Source of the DNA: a virus | Virus record (IMG/VR): IMGVR_UViG_3300002091_000010 | Coordinates: 1-39,242 of that record | Direction: 5' to 3' (one strand) | DNA: 39,242 nucleotides | Shown here: in pieces, positions 15,217 to 22,645 of the stretch | Position numbering within the stretch: position 1 is the stretch's first letter | Layout of the letters: each line of letters begins with the position of its first letter | Position numbers and translations under genes: made by a program | Notes under the pieces: model-generated | Seen by the model: the letters and a program-made list of their open reading frames with translations, nothing else | Told to the model about the DNA's origin: nothing | The model's database searches: none

Positions 15217-16191
15217 ATGAAAAAACCATCTGCACAACAACTTCAACTCCTAGATTCAATCACAAATGATAAGGAATTTAATCATGGAGAGAAAAGGCTT
15301 TATAAAGAACTTCTCTTCATTTCGCAAGCTCATGGGTTTTGTTATGGAAGCAATGCTTATTTCGCTAAAAAGTTCGGTGTGGATGTAAGAACTATATCCC
15401 GGTGGTTATCGCATTTAACCAAAAAGGGACTTCTTAAATTAGACATTTCTTATAAGAGAAAATGGAAAAGACATATCTTTGTTAACGAAAAAAGGCTTGA
15501 AGAACCAGTACCAATTTCCGACAAAATAATCGACATTCGAGACTTTTTTGATGAAGAGTCTAAGAAAAGTAGTAGACAACTCGAAAAAGAGGCTTTTGTA
15601 CTCCTAAATTCAAATAAAGAAGTAGTAGACAAAAATGAGGGGGTAGTAGACAAATCTGTCGTACATAAGCGAAGTGCGAACCTAAGTGCTTCTTCTTACG
15701 AAGAAGCGATCACTAGCCCAAAGGTCGCCTCTTTTCAAAAGAAAAGATTTAGAACAATTTGCAAAGAACAAGAAGCCAAGAAAAAAGAAGAGACGGAAGC
15801 GCTCTTTGCTTTTTGCCAATACAAGGGTATTCCATTCGAGCTTGTTCAGCTAAGAATCTGGCATCATAAGTTTGGGTATGATAAACTCAATCGGAACATG
15901 AATCTACTCTTTGAAAAATTTGAGAAAGGCCAAGTCAAGACTCCCGACAAATGGATGGAAGCAGCTCTTCGCGATGATTACGCTTTTGGTTTAGAAAATA
16001 TTGCAGTGAATCGTCAATTTTTCGAGGAAAACTTACCTGAATACATGTCAAAACAGTTCGTAATTACAGAAAAATATGCCACATGCGATGAAAGATCCAT
16101 CGACTTTCAATTTACTCTTAATCCAGCGCTTTTTCAGGAGATGGTTATGAGGTTTTTTGAGACACAACAACAATACGAAGCATACGCTTAA
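15217..16191 (+). CDS. Putative replication initiation protein, 324 aa (N-terminal winged HTH)
   Basis: RLYKELLFISQAHGFCYGSNAYFAKKFGVDVRTISRWLSHLTKKGLLKL is typical of phage/plasmid wHTH initiators. The central linker carries iteron-like DNA repeats. Confidence 0.5.
   Translation: MKKPSAQQLQLLDSITNDKEFNHGEKRLYKELLFISQAHGFCYGSNAYFAKKFGVDVRTISRWLSHLTKKGLLKLDISYKRKWKRHIFVNEKRLEEPVPISDKIIDIRDFFDEESKKSSRQLEKEAFVLLNSNKEVVDKNEGVVDKSVVHKRSANLSASSYEEAITSPKVASFQKKRFRTICKEQEAKKKEETEALFAFCQYKGIPFELVQLRIWHHKFGYDKLNRNMNLLFEKFEKGQVKTPDKWMEAALRDDYAFGLENIAVNRQFFEENLPEYMSKQFVITEKYATCDERSIDFQFTLNPALFQEMVMRFFETQQQYEAYA
15568..15653. repeat. Three direct copies of (A/G)GTAGTAGACAA inside the initiator gene: candidate origin iterons
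   Basis: AGTAGTAGACAA at 15568-15579 and 15621-15632, GGTAGTAGACAA at 15642-15653. An AT-rich stretch lies between them. Confidence 0.5.
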
Positions 16192-16210
16192 CACAAAACA
16201 TGGAAATACT

Positions 16211-16504
16211 ATGAAAAAATTAACAAAAAAACAATTAAGTGAATTTTCAGAAGAAAATACAAAAACTATATTTTCTACTCTTGTAGATGATGCAACCTTT
16301 GAATCAAATGATTTTGAAATTTTAGAAAAAGGAGGGCTTTTTTATCTCAATGAAGAAAGCGGCACATACGGGCCTTACAAAGAAGAAAGAGAAATAATGC
16401 TTCAAAAGCTACAATATTATTATAAAGAAATGGAGCGTAATTATACTTTTTATGCAGAAATGATGAATTTAATTAGAAAATATGACCATCCTGTGTGGGA
16501 ATAA
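16211..16504 (+). CDS. Hypothetical early protein, 97 aa (paralogue of 16710-16970)
   Basis: MKKLTKKQ... with DFEILEKGGLFYLNEESGTYG. Compare WYQILEANGKYYLNEDGKLKG in the paralogue. Confidence 0.55.
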   Translation: MKKLTKKQLSEFSEENTKTIFSTLVDDATFESNDFEILEKGGLFYLNEESGTYGPYKEEREIMLQKLQYYYKEMERNYTFYAEMMNLIRKYDHPVWE

Positions 16505-16505
16505 A

Positions 16506-16697
16506 ATGTACTATCATACTGAAATATACGATTTTTATTGGATTTGCAAAAAATGTGGTGCTCCGAATAAAAATGGGTGTACTGATCCCGATGATTTTTA
16601 TTACTGCACTACATGTAAACAACCAGATTTTATCGGAGAGGAACTAAACAATCCCTACAGCGAAGAAATTACAAAATTTTATCAAAACAAAATCTAA
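16506..16697 (+). CDS. Zinc-ribbon protein, 63 aa (alternative start 16482)
   Basis: CKKCGAP...YYCTTCKQ. ATG 16506 starts 2 nt after the upstream stop. Confidence 0.5.
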   Translation: MYYHTEIYDFYWICKKCGAPNKNGCTDPDDFYYCTTCKQPDFIGEELNNPYSEEITKFYQNKI

Positions 16698-16709
16698 CAA
16701 GGACTCAAA

Positions 16710-16970
16710 ATGAAAAAATTGTCAAAAGAAGATGAAGAAAAAATAGAAAAATTTAATCCTATTTACGAAAGCAATTATGGACATGAATTTAATTGGTATC
16801 AAATTCTAGAGGCAAATGGAAAATATTATCTAAATGAAGATGGTAAACTTAAAGGGGTTTTTGATAGTCAAAAAGAAATATTTATTGCAGTTATAGAAAA
16901 AATGCACGCAGAAATCACAAAATATAGTGAGGTTACGCAAAAAGCTTCTGAAATTTTAAACAGTTTGTAA
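16710..16970 (+). CDS. Hypothetical early protein, 86 aa (paralogue of 16211-16504)
   Basis: AAGGA RBS. Shared MKKL(T/S)K start and ILE..G..YLNE core. Confidence 0.55.
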   Translation: MKKLSKEDEEKIEKFNPIYESNYGHEFNWYQILEANGKYYLNEDGKLKGVFDSQKEIFIAVIEKMHAEITKYSEVTQKASEILNSL

Positions 16971-16979
16971 GGAGGAAGC

Positions 16980-17213
16980 GTGAACGAAGACGAAATGACT
17001 CCAGAATGCGAAGATTTTGTAATTCTCTGCTACAAGCTCAGAAGAAATCTAGATATAATAAACTCTAGTGATTTCAGCCCTAGAGTTTGGGCATCGGTAT
17101 GTACCCAAAAGCTCATTGACATTTGCAAGGATTGCCCAAATCCTGAAAAAGCATTTAATCAACTGATCGTAGGTCTAAACATAAGTTTTGAAGATCAAAC
17201 GGGGATTAAATGA
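16980..17213 (+). CDS. Hypothetical early protein, 77 aa (GTG start)
   Basis: GGAGG RBS. The first 13 nt after the start base (tgaacgaagacga) are identical to the start of the next gene. Confidence 0.5.
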   Translation: MNEDEMTPECEDFVILCYKLRRNLDIINSSDFSPRVWASVCTQKLIDICKDCPNPEKAFNQLIVGLNISFEDQTGIK

Positions 17214-17437
17214 ACGAAGACGATTGGAAGGAGCTTTTTAAGGGTACTAAAAGAAGATGTTTGGGTGAGATGCTTTTGTGGTATGGGGCAAGAGCTATTC
17301 ATCCAGGAATAGAAAAAGAAATAAACGAATTGATAGAGGCTGCTTACGAAATGGGTAGGAAGGCATCAGATTTGACCAGGAACGAAGAAAAACAACACCA
17401 TGAAGGGAATGACCTTCTGAAACAAAAAAACACCTAA
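17210..17437 (+). CDS. Hypothetical early protein, 75 aa
   Basis: ATGA-coupled to the upstream gene. N-terminus MNEDDW versus MNEDEM upstream. Confidence 0.5.
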   Translation: MNEDDWKELFKGTKRRCLGEMLLWYGARAIHPGIEKEINELIEAAYEMGRKASDLTRNEEKQHHEGNDLLKQKNT

Positions 17438-17452
17438 AAAGGCAGGAAAACT

Positions 17453-17812
17453 ATGATTATCACACACTACAAGCAAATTGACGGAAAAGGGGCACTTAAA
17501 GCTTCCTTTAACGTGACGCTACCAAAGTGGAGCAACTTTGAGATAAGAAACTTGACACTTTTCGAAAGCAATGGCAAACGCTTTGTTTCTATGCCATCAC
17601 GTCAATACGATGACCCTCAGGGTAAGAAAAAATACTTTGCGTATTGCGCATTTCCTGACCATGATGTCAACGATAAGTTCAATACAGCGATCTTAGCAGC
17701 TTTAGACCAGCATATAGCACAGTTGCCGCCTGTAGAGAGGGTAACACTGCCTCCAGCTCGAGGAACCTCTCTTGCGTCTGTAAAAGACCTTGACGACGAC
17801 TTACCCTTTTAA
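17453..17812 (+). CDS. SpoVG-like nucleic-acid-binding protein, 119 aa
   Basis: GALKASFNVTL....FEIRNLTLFESNGKRFVSMPSRQY..PQGKKKYF.....D...FNTAILAAL parallels the SpoVG core (..A.ASITLD..FVVHDIRVI.G.NGLFVAMPS.RTPDGEF.DI). Confidence 0.6.
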   Translation: MIITHYKQIDGKGALKASFNVTLPKWSNFEIRNLTLFESNGKRFVSMPSRQYDDPQGKKKYFAYCAFPDHDVNDKFNTAILAALDQHIAQLPPVERVTLPPARGTSLASVKDLDDDLPF

Positions 17813-17832
17813 CCCTTACCTATGGAAAAAAC

Positions 17833-18015
17833 GTGCAACTAATGCTAATATTCCGAAACCAGTCGCAAGTCACCCTCGAGCCAGAGTTCGATGAGGATGA
17901 CATGAAAGCTTTTATTGCAGCTGCAAAAGCTAGAAGGGGAGTAATGCTCGGCAACATCTTTATCGATTTTGCCGAGGTGATTTTTTTCTCTTTAACGGAG
18001 TCGGTTACAGAATGA
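17833..18015 (+). CDS. Hypothetical protein, 60 aa (GTG 17833 or ATG 17842)
   Basis: ORF track only. Confidence 0.35.
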   Translation: MQLMLIFRNQSQVTLEPEFDEDDMKAFIAAAKARRGVMLGNIFIDFAEVIFFSLTESVTE

Positions 18016-18040
18016 CACCTACTGAATTTGATTTGGGAGG

Positions 18041-18493
18041 ATGATGAAAGATAATCTTTTCGGCCAGATAGCCCAATATGTGCTTAATGAGAGAGAATCT
18101 CAGTCTCAATATTTGCCATACAACATGAATTGCGTAGTTGATTGGACGTTGCCAATAGTGACGGTTTCAGAGTCCAACAGCGTAGAGCATTGGCATAAGA
18201 AGGCTGTGCGTCACACGCTGCAAAAGAAATGGATTTGGGCGGAATGGCAAAGCAAAAAACCGCCTGTGATTTTACCATGCCATATTAAAATGACTCGTAT
18301 AGCGTCTAGAAAATTAGACAAAGAAGAAAATCTTCCAATGGCATTTAAATGGATTAAAGACCAAATTGCCGATCTTATCACGCCAGGTCTTGCAGCTGGC
18401 AGAGCCGATGACAATAAGCTGATGAGTTGGGAATATGATCAAGTCAAAGGCAAGCCAAAAGAAAAAGCTATCAGGATTCAAATATTTTGTTGA
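18041..18493 (+). CDS. RusA-like Holliday-junction resolvase candidate, 150 aa
   Basis: LP.VTVSESNSVEHWHKKA...., RKLDKEENL, FKWIKDQIAD and ADDNKL follow the RusA pattern (PS.N...HW, D.DNL, K...D, DD). Confidence 0.5.
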   Translation: MMKDNLFGQIAQYVLNERESQSQYLPYNMNCVVDWTLPIVTVSESNSVEHWHKKAVRHTLQKKWIWAEWQSKKPPVILPCHIKMTRIASRKLDKEENLPMAFKWIKDQIADLITPGLAAGRADDNKLMSWEYDQVKGKPKEKAIRIQIFC

Positions 18494-18537
18494 ATAAAAT
18501 CAGGAAATCCCTCAAAAGTATCTAAACAGGGGATTCT

Positions 18538-18705
18538 ATGACAAAACTTTTACTTATCTCAATCGCTTGCATCAATCTTTTTAGCTGCACACTCAGCTTT
18601 CAAAACGTAATGACTAGCGGAGTTGCGTCAGATGTCGTTGACTCAGATCCTAAGACAGATACAAAGCTAGACACTCAACTAACCGTTCCAGTCAGTCCCT
18701 TGTAA
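18538..18705 (+). CDS. Small lipoprotein, 55 aa (lipobox LFSC)
   Basis: Hand translation: MTKLLLISIACINLFSCTLSFQNVMTSGVASDVVDSDPKTDTKLDTQLTVPVSPL*. AGGGGA RBS. Below the ORF-track cutoff. Confidence 0.55.
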   Translation: MTKLLLISIACINLFSCTLSFQNVMTSGVASDVVDSDPKTDTKLDTQLTVPVSPL

Positions 18706-18731
18706 AGCAGCTGTACATCAAAGGAAAAATA

Positions 18732-18923
18732 ATGGATGAGGAAGTCAGTATCGCGGATGTAAAGCGGGCAATTCAGGTCTACCACGACACCATTCAGCAG
18801 ATAGAAGTCAAACGGCTAGGTCTATGGCATGATGAGATGTATGCTTGGGGAGTCCTTCAAAAAGTTTTGAGTCATAATGTCCCTGTCATGAGGAATTACG
18901 ATGAATGTTATGTGGGCGACTGA
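18732..18923 (+). CDS. Hypothetical protein, 63 aa (last gene of the rightward early operon)
   Basis: AAAGGA RBS. ORF track. Confidence 0.5.
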   Translation: MDEEVSIADVKRAIQVYHDTIQQIEVKRLGLWHDEMYAWGVLQKVLSHNVPVMRNYDECYVGD

Positions 18924-18966
18924 GCGGGATATTCTTGTTTTTACGATCTGTATAGTCATCTTAATA

Positions 18967-18982
18967 TTGATGATATCATCAA
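18967..18982. repeat. Perfect 16-bp palindrome TTGATGATATCATCAA in a convergent intergenic region
   Basis: Read directly. Lies between the ends of the rightward early operon and the helicase/integrase-like/RHH operon. Confidence 0.8.
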
Positions 18983-19081
18983 ATAACGATAAAGGACTTA
19001 GGTGACAAAAACCCCCCGAGCACGATTGCCCAGGGAGCCAAAACAAAGGTCTTCTAAACGTACGCTAAAATCGTACAATTC

Positions 19082-19222
19082 TTAATGTTTTTTTGACACA
19101 TAATTAATGATTGCTTCTTCGACAATCTTTTGAATGGTGACGTTATGCTGTATAGAATGCAAACGCATGAGCTTATGTACTGGTTCAGATAACTTAATCG
19201 TGACGTTTTTTTTGGTTTCCAT
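19082..19222 (-). CDS. Ribbon-helix-helix (CopG-like) protein, 46 aa
   Basis: Hand translation: METKKNVTIKLSEPVHKLMRLHSIQHNVTIQKIVEEAIINYVSKKH*. Starts 4 nt after the integrase-like ORF stop. Confidence 0.55.
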   Translation of the reverse strand: METKKNVTIKLSEPVHKLMRLHSIQHNVTIQKIVEEAIINYVSKKH

Positions 19223-19226
19223 ATTT

Positions 19227-19745
19227 TTAAGCATTCTCAATCCTTTTAACTACTTGTAAAGCCACGTTTTCTATGTTTATGCCTTTTTCCTTAAGAAAGC
19301 CGTAAACAGTTCCCAAATAACGAAATTTTCTTATCACAGTAATCTTTTCAGGTTTTTTTATAATTCCAGTTCCTGATTTTATGTCTCCGCCTTTCTGAAT
19401 ATCTGTAACCAGCAAATCCAAAAAACAGCCATATAACTCATTGAATGTGATAGAATATATGTCCCGATCCAGAAAGCAAGAAAAAGTTTGTTTTAACGAT
19501 CTGACGTCTTGTATTGTTCTTTCACTATGATCGTTCATAGAGTCGATCTTCATATCGATCGCATCATTCAATAAGATAAGTTTTTGTTCCGGTGCATCAA
19601 AAGCTTTCATATTGTCAAAAAGATCTTCTTTATATTTACCCCAGGCTGTAGCAGTTTCTAAATCAGAAAAAGAACATGCGCGTTTAAAGCCAGGTTTTCT
19701 GATTTGCACATGATAGCGATCTTTAATTTTTCGAATTGAGGCCAT
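19227..19745 (-). CDS. Integrase-like protein, 172 aa, with only the N-terminal arm-type and core-binding-like parts. No catalytic domain.
   Basis: MASIRKIKDRYHVQIRKPGFKRACSFSDLETATAWGKYKEDL matches the common N-terminus of tyrosine integrases (MASIRKRG..W...VR..G....SF......A..W). The ORF ends before any R..HxxR..Y region, and no downstream remnant is seen. Confidence 0.55.
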   Translation of the reverse strand: MASIRKIKDRYHVQIRKPGFKRACSFSDLETATAWGKYKEDLFDNMKAFDAPEQKLILLNDAIDMKIDSMNDHSERTIQDVRSLKQTFSCFLDRDIYSITFNELYGCFLDLLVTDIQKGGDIKSGTGIIKKPEKITVIRKFRYLGTVYGFLKEKGINIENVALQVVKRIENA

Positions 19746-21075
19746 ATAAATCCTTTAAGCGGTGTAACCATATTAGAAAGCCAGCTTCCAAAAAAGAAAT
19801 CGGTTTAAAATAGGTAATTTTAAATGTTTTTAACAATTGTTTTTGGAAATGTGTAGCAAAAAGTTCGGAAAGAAAAGGGGAAGAAGAACGCGCTTTTTCA
19901 AATACATTCATTCTTTCTTTTTGTATCGATACGTTATCTAGTGTAATGATTTCTTTATGTTTCCGGTATTCAGATAGTTTTGTGCCCGGAATGTAATCAC
20001 TGGTATCGCTTATATCGCCACCACCCGCGACATTAAAGGTGCAGATCTTATGGGCATTATCAGTAAGCTCATAAAGATAACATAGCTCTTTTCCAGGGTG
20101 CTTTCTAACTCCTCGTCCAATCATTTGGCAATACAAAGACTTAGACTTGGTAGGTCTAGCTATGATAATAGCTTCAATGCTAGGCTCATCAAAGCCTTCC
20201 GTCAAAAGCTGGCAGTTAGTCAAGACTTGTAGTTCACCACTCTTAAAACGGCTTAATATAGCCCTTCTTTGGTCAAAAGACATCGTTCCATCAATTGACG
20301 CAACAGAAACCCCAAGCTCTTTTAAAGAGTCAGCAATTTTATGACTGTGAGCAATGGATAGGCAAAAGATTAAAGTTTTCTTGGCTTTACATTCTTTTAC
20401 AAAGGTTTCTAAGAGAATTCTATTCCTAGATTCATTGTCTAGCATCTTATAAACGATGCCCTTAAACTCAAAAGAGGTGGCATTATGAAGAGAAATATTA
20501 TCTTTAGTCTTGATCCTATATGAAGAGATATCACAGAGATAGCCATCATTAATTAGATCTAAAATGTTCCGATCAAAGCTTAATTCACCAAAAAGAGATA
20601 GAAGAGGCTTACCGTCTGACCTCTCAGGTGTTGCAGTTACTCCTAAAATCTTAACTTCAGGAAAAAATCTTTGATAATTCTCTATGAAACGAGAATAAGT
20701 CCGGCAATGTGCTTTATGAGCTTCATCAAACACTAATAAATCAAATGGATGTTTTTTGGAAAAAGCAAGGAAAGCTTCAGAATTAAGAGAGGCGCCCGCC
20801 ATGATGATTAGTTTAGCGTCTTTCAGTTGCTTGCCTTTAAACTTAGCAAATACCTCACTAGAGTGATAAAAATATGAGGCTGCTTCTCGGCATTGCTCAA
20901 TAAGATCGATTGTAGGACAAACAATTAGTGTTCGTTTAGAATGTTTAGCGGCATGAGATAAGAATATAACAGTCTTACCAGCACCTGTTGGTAGCTGAAT
21001 AAGCTGATTATTGCGTTTTTTAAAAGTTTCTTCAATTGTTTGAAGGCATTCTTGTTGATATTTACGCAGCTTCAT
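19723..21075 (-). CDS. Superfamily 2 DEAD/DEAH-box (ResIII-type) helicase, 450 aa
   Basis: Motif I LPTGAGKT, motif II VFDEAH, motif III VTATPER, C-terminal helicase motifs LTEGFDEP and QMIGRGVR. Confidence 0.85.
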   Translation of the reverse strand: MKLRKYQQECLQTIEETFKKRNNQLIQLPTGAGKTVIFLSHAAKHSKRTLIVCPTIDLIEQCREAASYFYHSSEVFAKFKGKQLKDAKLIIMAGASLNSEAFLAFSKKHPFDLLVFDEAHKAHCRTYSRFIENYQRFFPEVKILGVTATPERSDGKPLLSLFGELSFDRNILDLINDGYLCDISSYRIKTKDNISLHNATSFEFKGIVYKMLDNESRNRILLETFVKECKAKKTLIFCLSIAHSHKIADSLKELGVSVASIDGTMSFDQRRAILSRFKSGELQVLTNCQLLTEGFDEPSIEAIIIARPTKSKSLYCQMIGRGVRKHPGKELCYLYELTDNAHKICTFNVAGGGDISDTSDYIPGTKLSEYRKHKEIITLDNVSIQKERMNVFEKARSSSPFLSELFATHFQKQLLKTFKITYFKPISFLEAGFLIWLHRLKDLYGLNSKN

Positions 21076-21233
21076 TTCTTCACTTCTCGGCTATAATTAA
21101 TCGTCTCAGCCCACTGAAACAGCGTATATTCTTGCATCATCTCGATAAGCTCTTCGTCTGTCGCGTCTCTGTCGTGCTCTAAAAAAAACTTTGCCTCAAG
21201 ATCGGTTTGGTATTCTAGGTATAGGTCGTTCAT
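21072..21233 (-). CDS. Small acidic protein, 53 aa
   Basis: Hand translation: MNDLYLEYQTDLEAKFFLEHDRDATDEELIEMMQEYTLFQWAETINYSREVKK*. ATGA-coupled at both ends. Confidence 0.45.
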   Translation of the reverse strand: MNDLYLEYQTDLEAKFFLEHDRDATDEELIEMMQEYTLFQWAETINYSREVKK

Positions 21234-21445
21234 TTTTTCACATTCTCCAGCACAAAATTATACAGATTGGCTTTATTGCGTCTTTCCTCGACAAGTTCTT
21301 GAGCAATTGAATGGATGTCGTTTGACATATTATCTAGCTTAGATTCAAGCTTGTTTTGCAATAGTACGAACATCCAATAGTTAAATGCACACATGCCGCC
21401 AAGAATAGATACTCCAGCTACAAGGCCTTGATGAAATAGATCCAT
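21230..21445 (-). CDS. Small membrane protein, 71 aa (TM helix plus coiled-coil tail)
   Basis: AAGGAG RBS. GLVAGVSILGGMCAFNYWMFVLL, then a charged helix. Same architecture as the 1969-2151 product. Confidence 0.55.
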   Translation of the reverse strand: MDLFHQGLVAGVSILGGMCAFNYWMFVLLQNKLESKLDNMSNDIHSIAQELVEERRNKANLYNFVLENVKK

Positions 21446-21540
21446 GATATTCTCCTTTTAAGTTACTTTAGACTGTACTGGCTTTACACTGCACGTATCG
21501 GGTTGTCCGACACCGTTACCGGCTTTCCGAGTCTACATAC

Positions 21541-21569
21541 AATATAACATGCGATCTGGTATTTAGCAA
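21541..21569 (-). promoter_or_regulatory. Leftward promoter candidate (TTGCTA - 17 nt - TATATT on the minus strand) for the helicase operon
   Basis: Reverse complement of 21541-21569, about 90 nt upstream of the ATG at 21445. Confidence 0.45.
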
Positions 21570-21769
21570 ACATTTCTTTTCGCTTCTATTAATCAAAATA
21601 ATCACTTAACATAGATGTGTTAAACAAAATAAACCCCACAGGTATGTATGGACAAGAAAATACGAGCTATCGAGAAGACAAACAAACATGAAGGCAAACA
21701 ATTGAAAAGCCTTGAAAAAGCAGACAAAAAACAAGATAAGAAAATGGCTTCTATGAAAAAGAAAGGCTG

Positions 21770-22144
21770 CTAATCCTTACTTTTCAATATTGATGCTATC
21801 AATATCAAAGCGGCGCAGTGATCGTAATTTGATATCGGCGCTGTCATTGCATTAGTCGGTAATCGCTCTATAGACTCAATCATCTCATCTAACATCTTGA
21901 TAAGGTCAGACTTGGTTGGTTTTTCAATGTAAAGCGGCTTTACATCGTCCTTATCTTGAATCTTAGGGATGACTTCATTACCCATATCATCGACGCGTAT
22001 GAAGTTAACCCAATCCATAGCAGCGCATTCCATCTTAGCGCCACCACTTACAGAGATCTCCCCGCATTGACAACTCACATAGTCAAAATCATGGTAACTT
22101 TCGATCGTGGACTGACACTTTTTGCACTTGGCTCTATTTTTCAT
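21770..22144 (-). CDS. Zinc-ribbon protein, 124 aa
   Basis: CKKC...CQCG N-terminal ribbon. Diverges from the small terminase gene. Confidence 0.55.
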   Translation of the reverse strand: MKNRAKCKKCQSTIESYHDFDYVSCQCGEISVSGGAKMECAAMDWVNFIRVDDMGNEVIPKIQDKDDVKPLYIEKPTKSDLIKMLDEMIESIERLPTNAMTAPISNYDHCAALILIASILKSKD

Positions 22145-22204
22145 ATTTATTTCTTGATAGGGTTATGGTAAAACAAGTTAAGACTAACAAACACTAGGAA
22201 AATA

Positions 22205-22645
22205 ATGCCAGCACCAATGGGACATGAGCCATATAACACAGAAGGCGAAGGGGGGCGTCCTATTAAATATGATAAAGAGTTCATCGAAAAAGAAGCGGAA
22301 GCTTTTAAACTATGGATGAAACATCCAGAAAGTCTTTATATTAAATGTTTCGCTTTAGAAAGAGATTATCACCCAAGAAGGCTATCAGAGTTTGCAGATG
22401 TTAATGAAAGGTTTTCGCTAGTCCTAGAGATGGCAAAGGCTTGGCAGGAAGCCAGATTAGTAAAAGGAGGGCTTAAAAATGAGTTCCATGCTGGGTTTAC
22501 TAAGTTTGTAATGAGTAACATTTGCGGATGGTCAGAAAAGACAGAAACAAAGGTAAGCGCAGTTGATCCTAACAACCCAACACAATATTGGGTGCCTGAA
22601 GCTAACGGTAAATCTAAAGAGTTGGTGAATGAGCCTACCGCCTAA
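22205..22645 (+). CDS. terS: Terminase small subunit, 146 aa
   Basis: GGRPIKYDKEFIEKEAEAFKLWM... N-terminal pattern, plus position immediately upstream of and overlapping the large terminase. Confidence 0.65.
   Translation: MPAPMGHEPYNTEGEGGRPIKYDKEFIEKEAEAFKLWMKHPESLYIKCFALERDYHPRRLSEFADVNERFSLVLEMAKAWQEARLVKGGLKNEFHAGFTKFVMSNICGWSEKTETKVSAVDPNNPTQYWVPEANGKSKELVNEPTA

Noticed and set aside
19227-19745. Calling the element a temperate phage or prophage because of the integrase-like ORF
   Set aside because: Only the N-terminal DNA-binding part is present. There is no catalytic domain, no CI-type repressor and no flanking host DNA or att sites in this closed genome.
21648-21773. 41-aa Lys-rich + strand ORF (MDKKIRAIEK...KKKGC)
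   Set aside because: It has a weak RBS and low-complexity sequence, and it overlaps the 3' end of the convergent zinc-ribbon gene. It is mentioned in a finding but not called as a feature.
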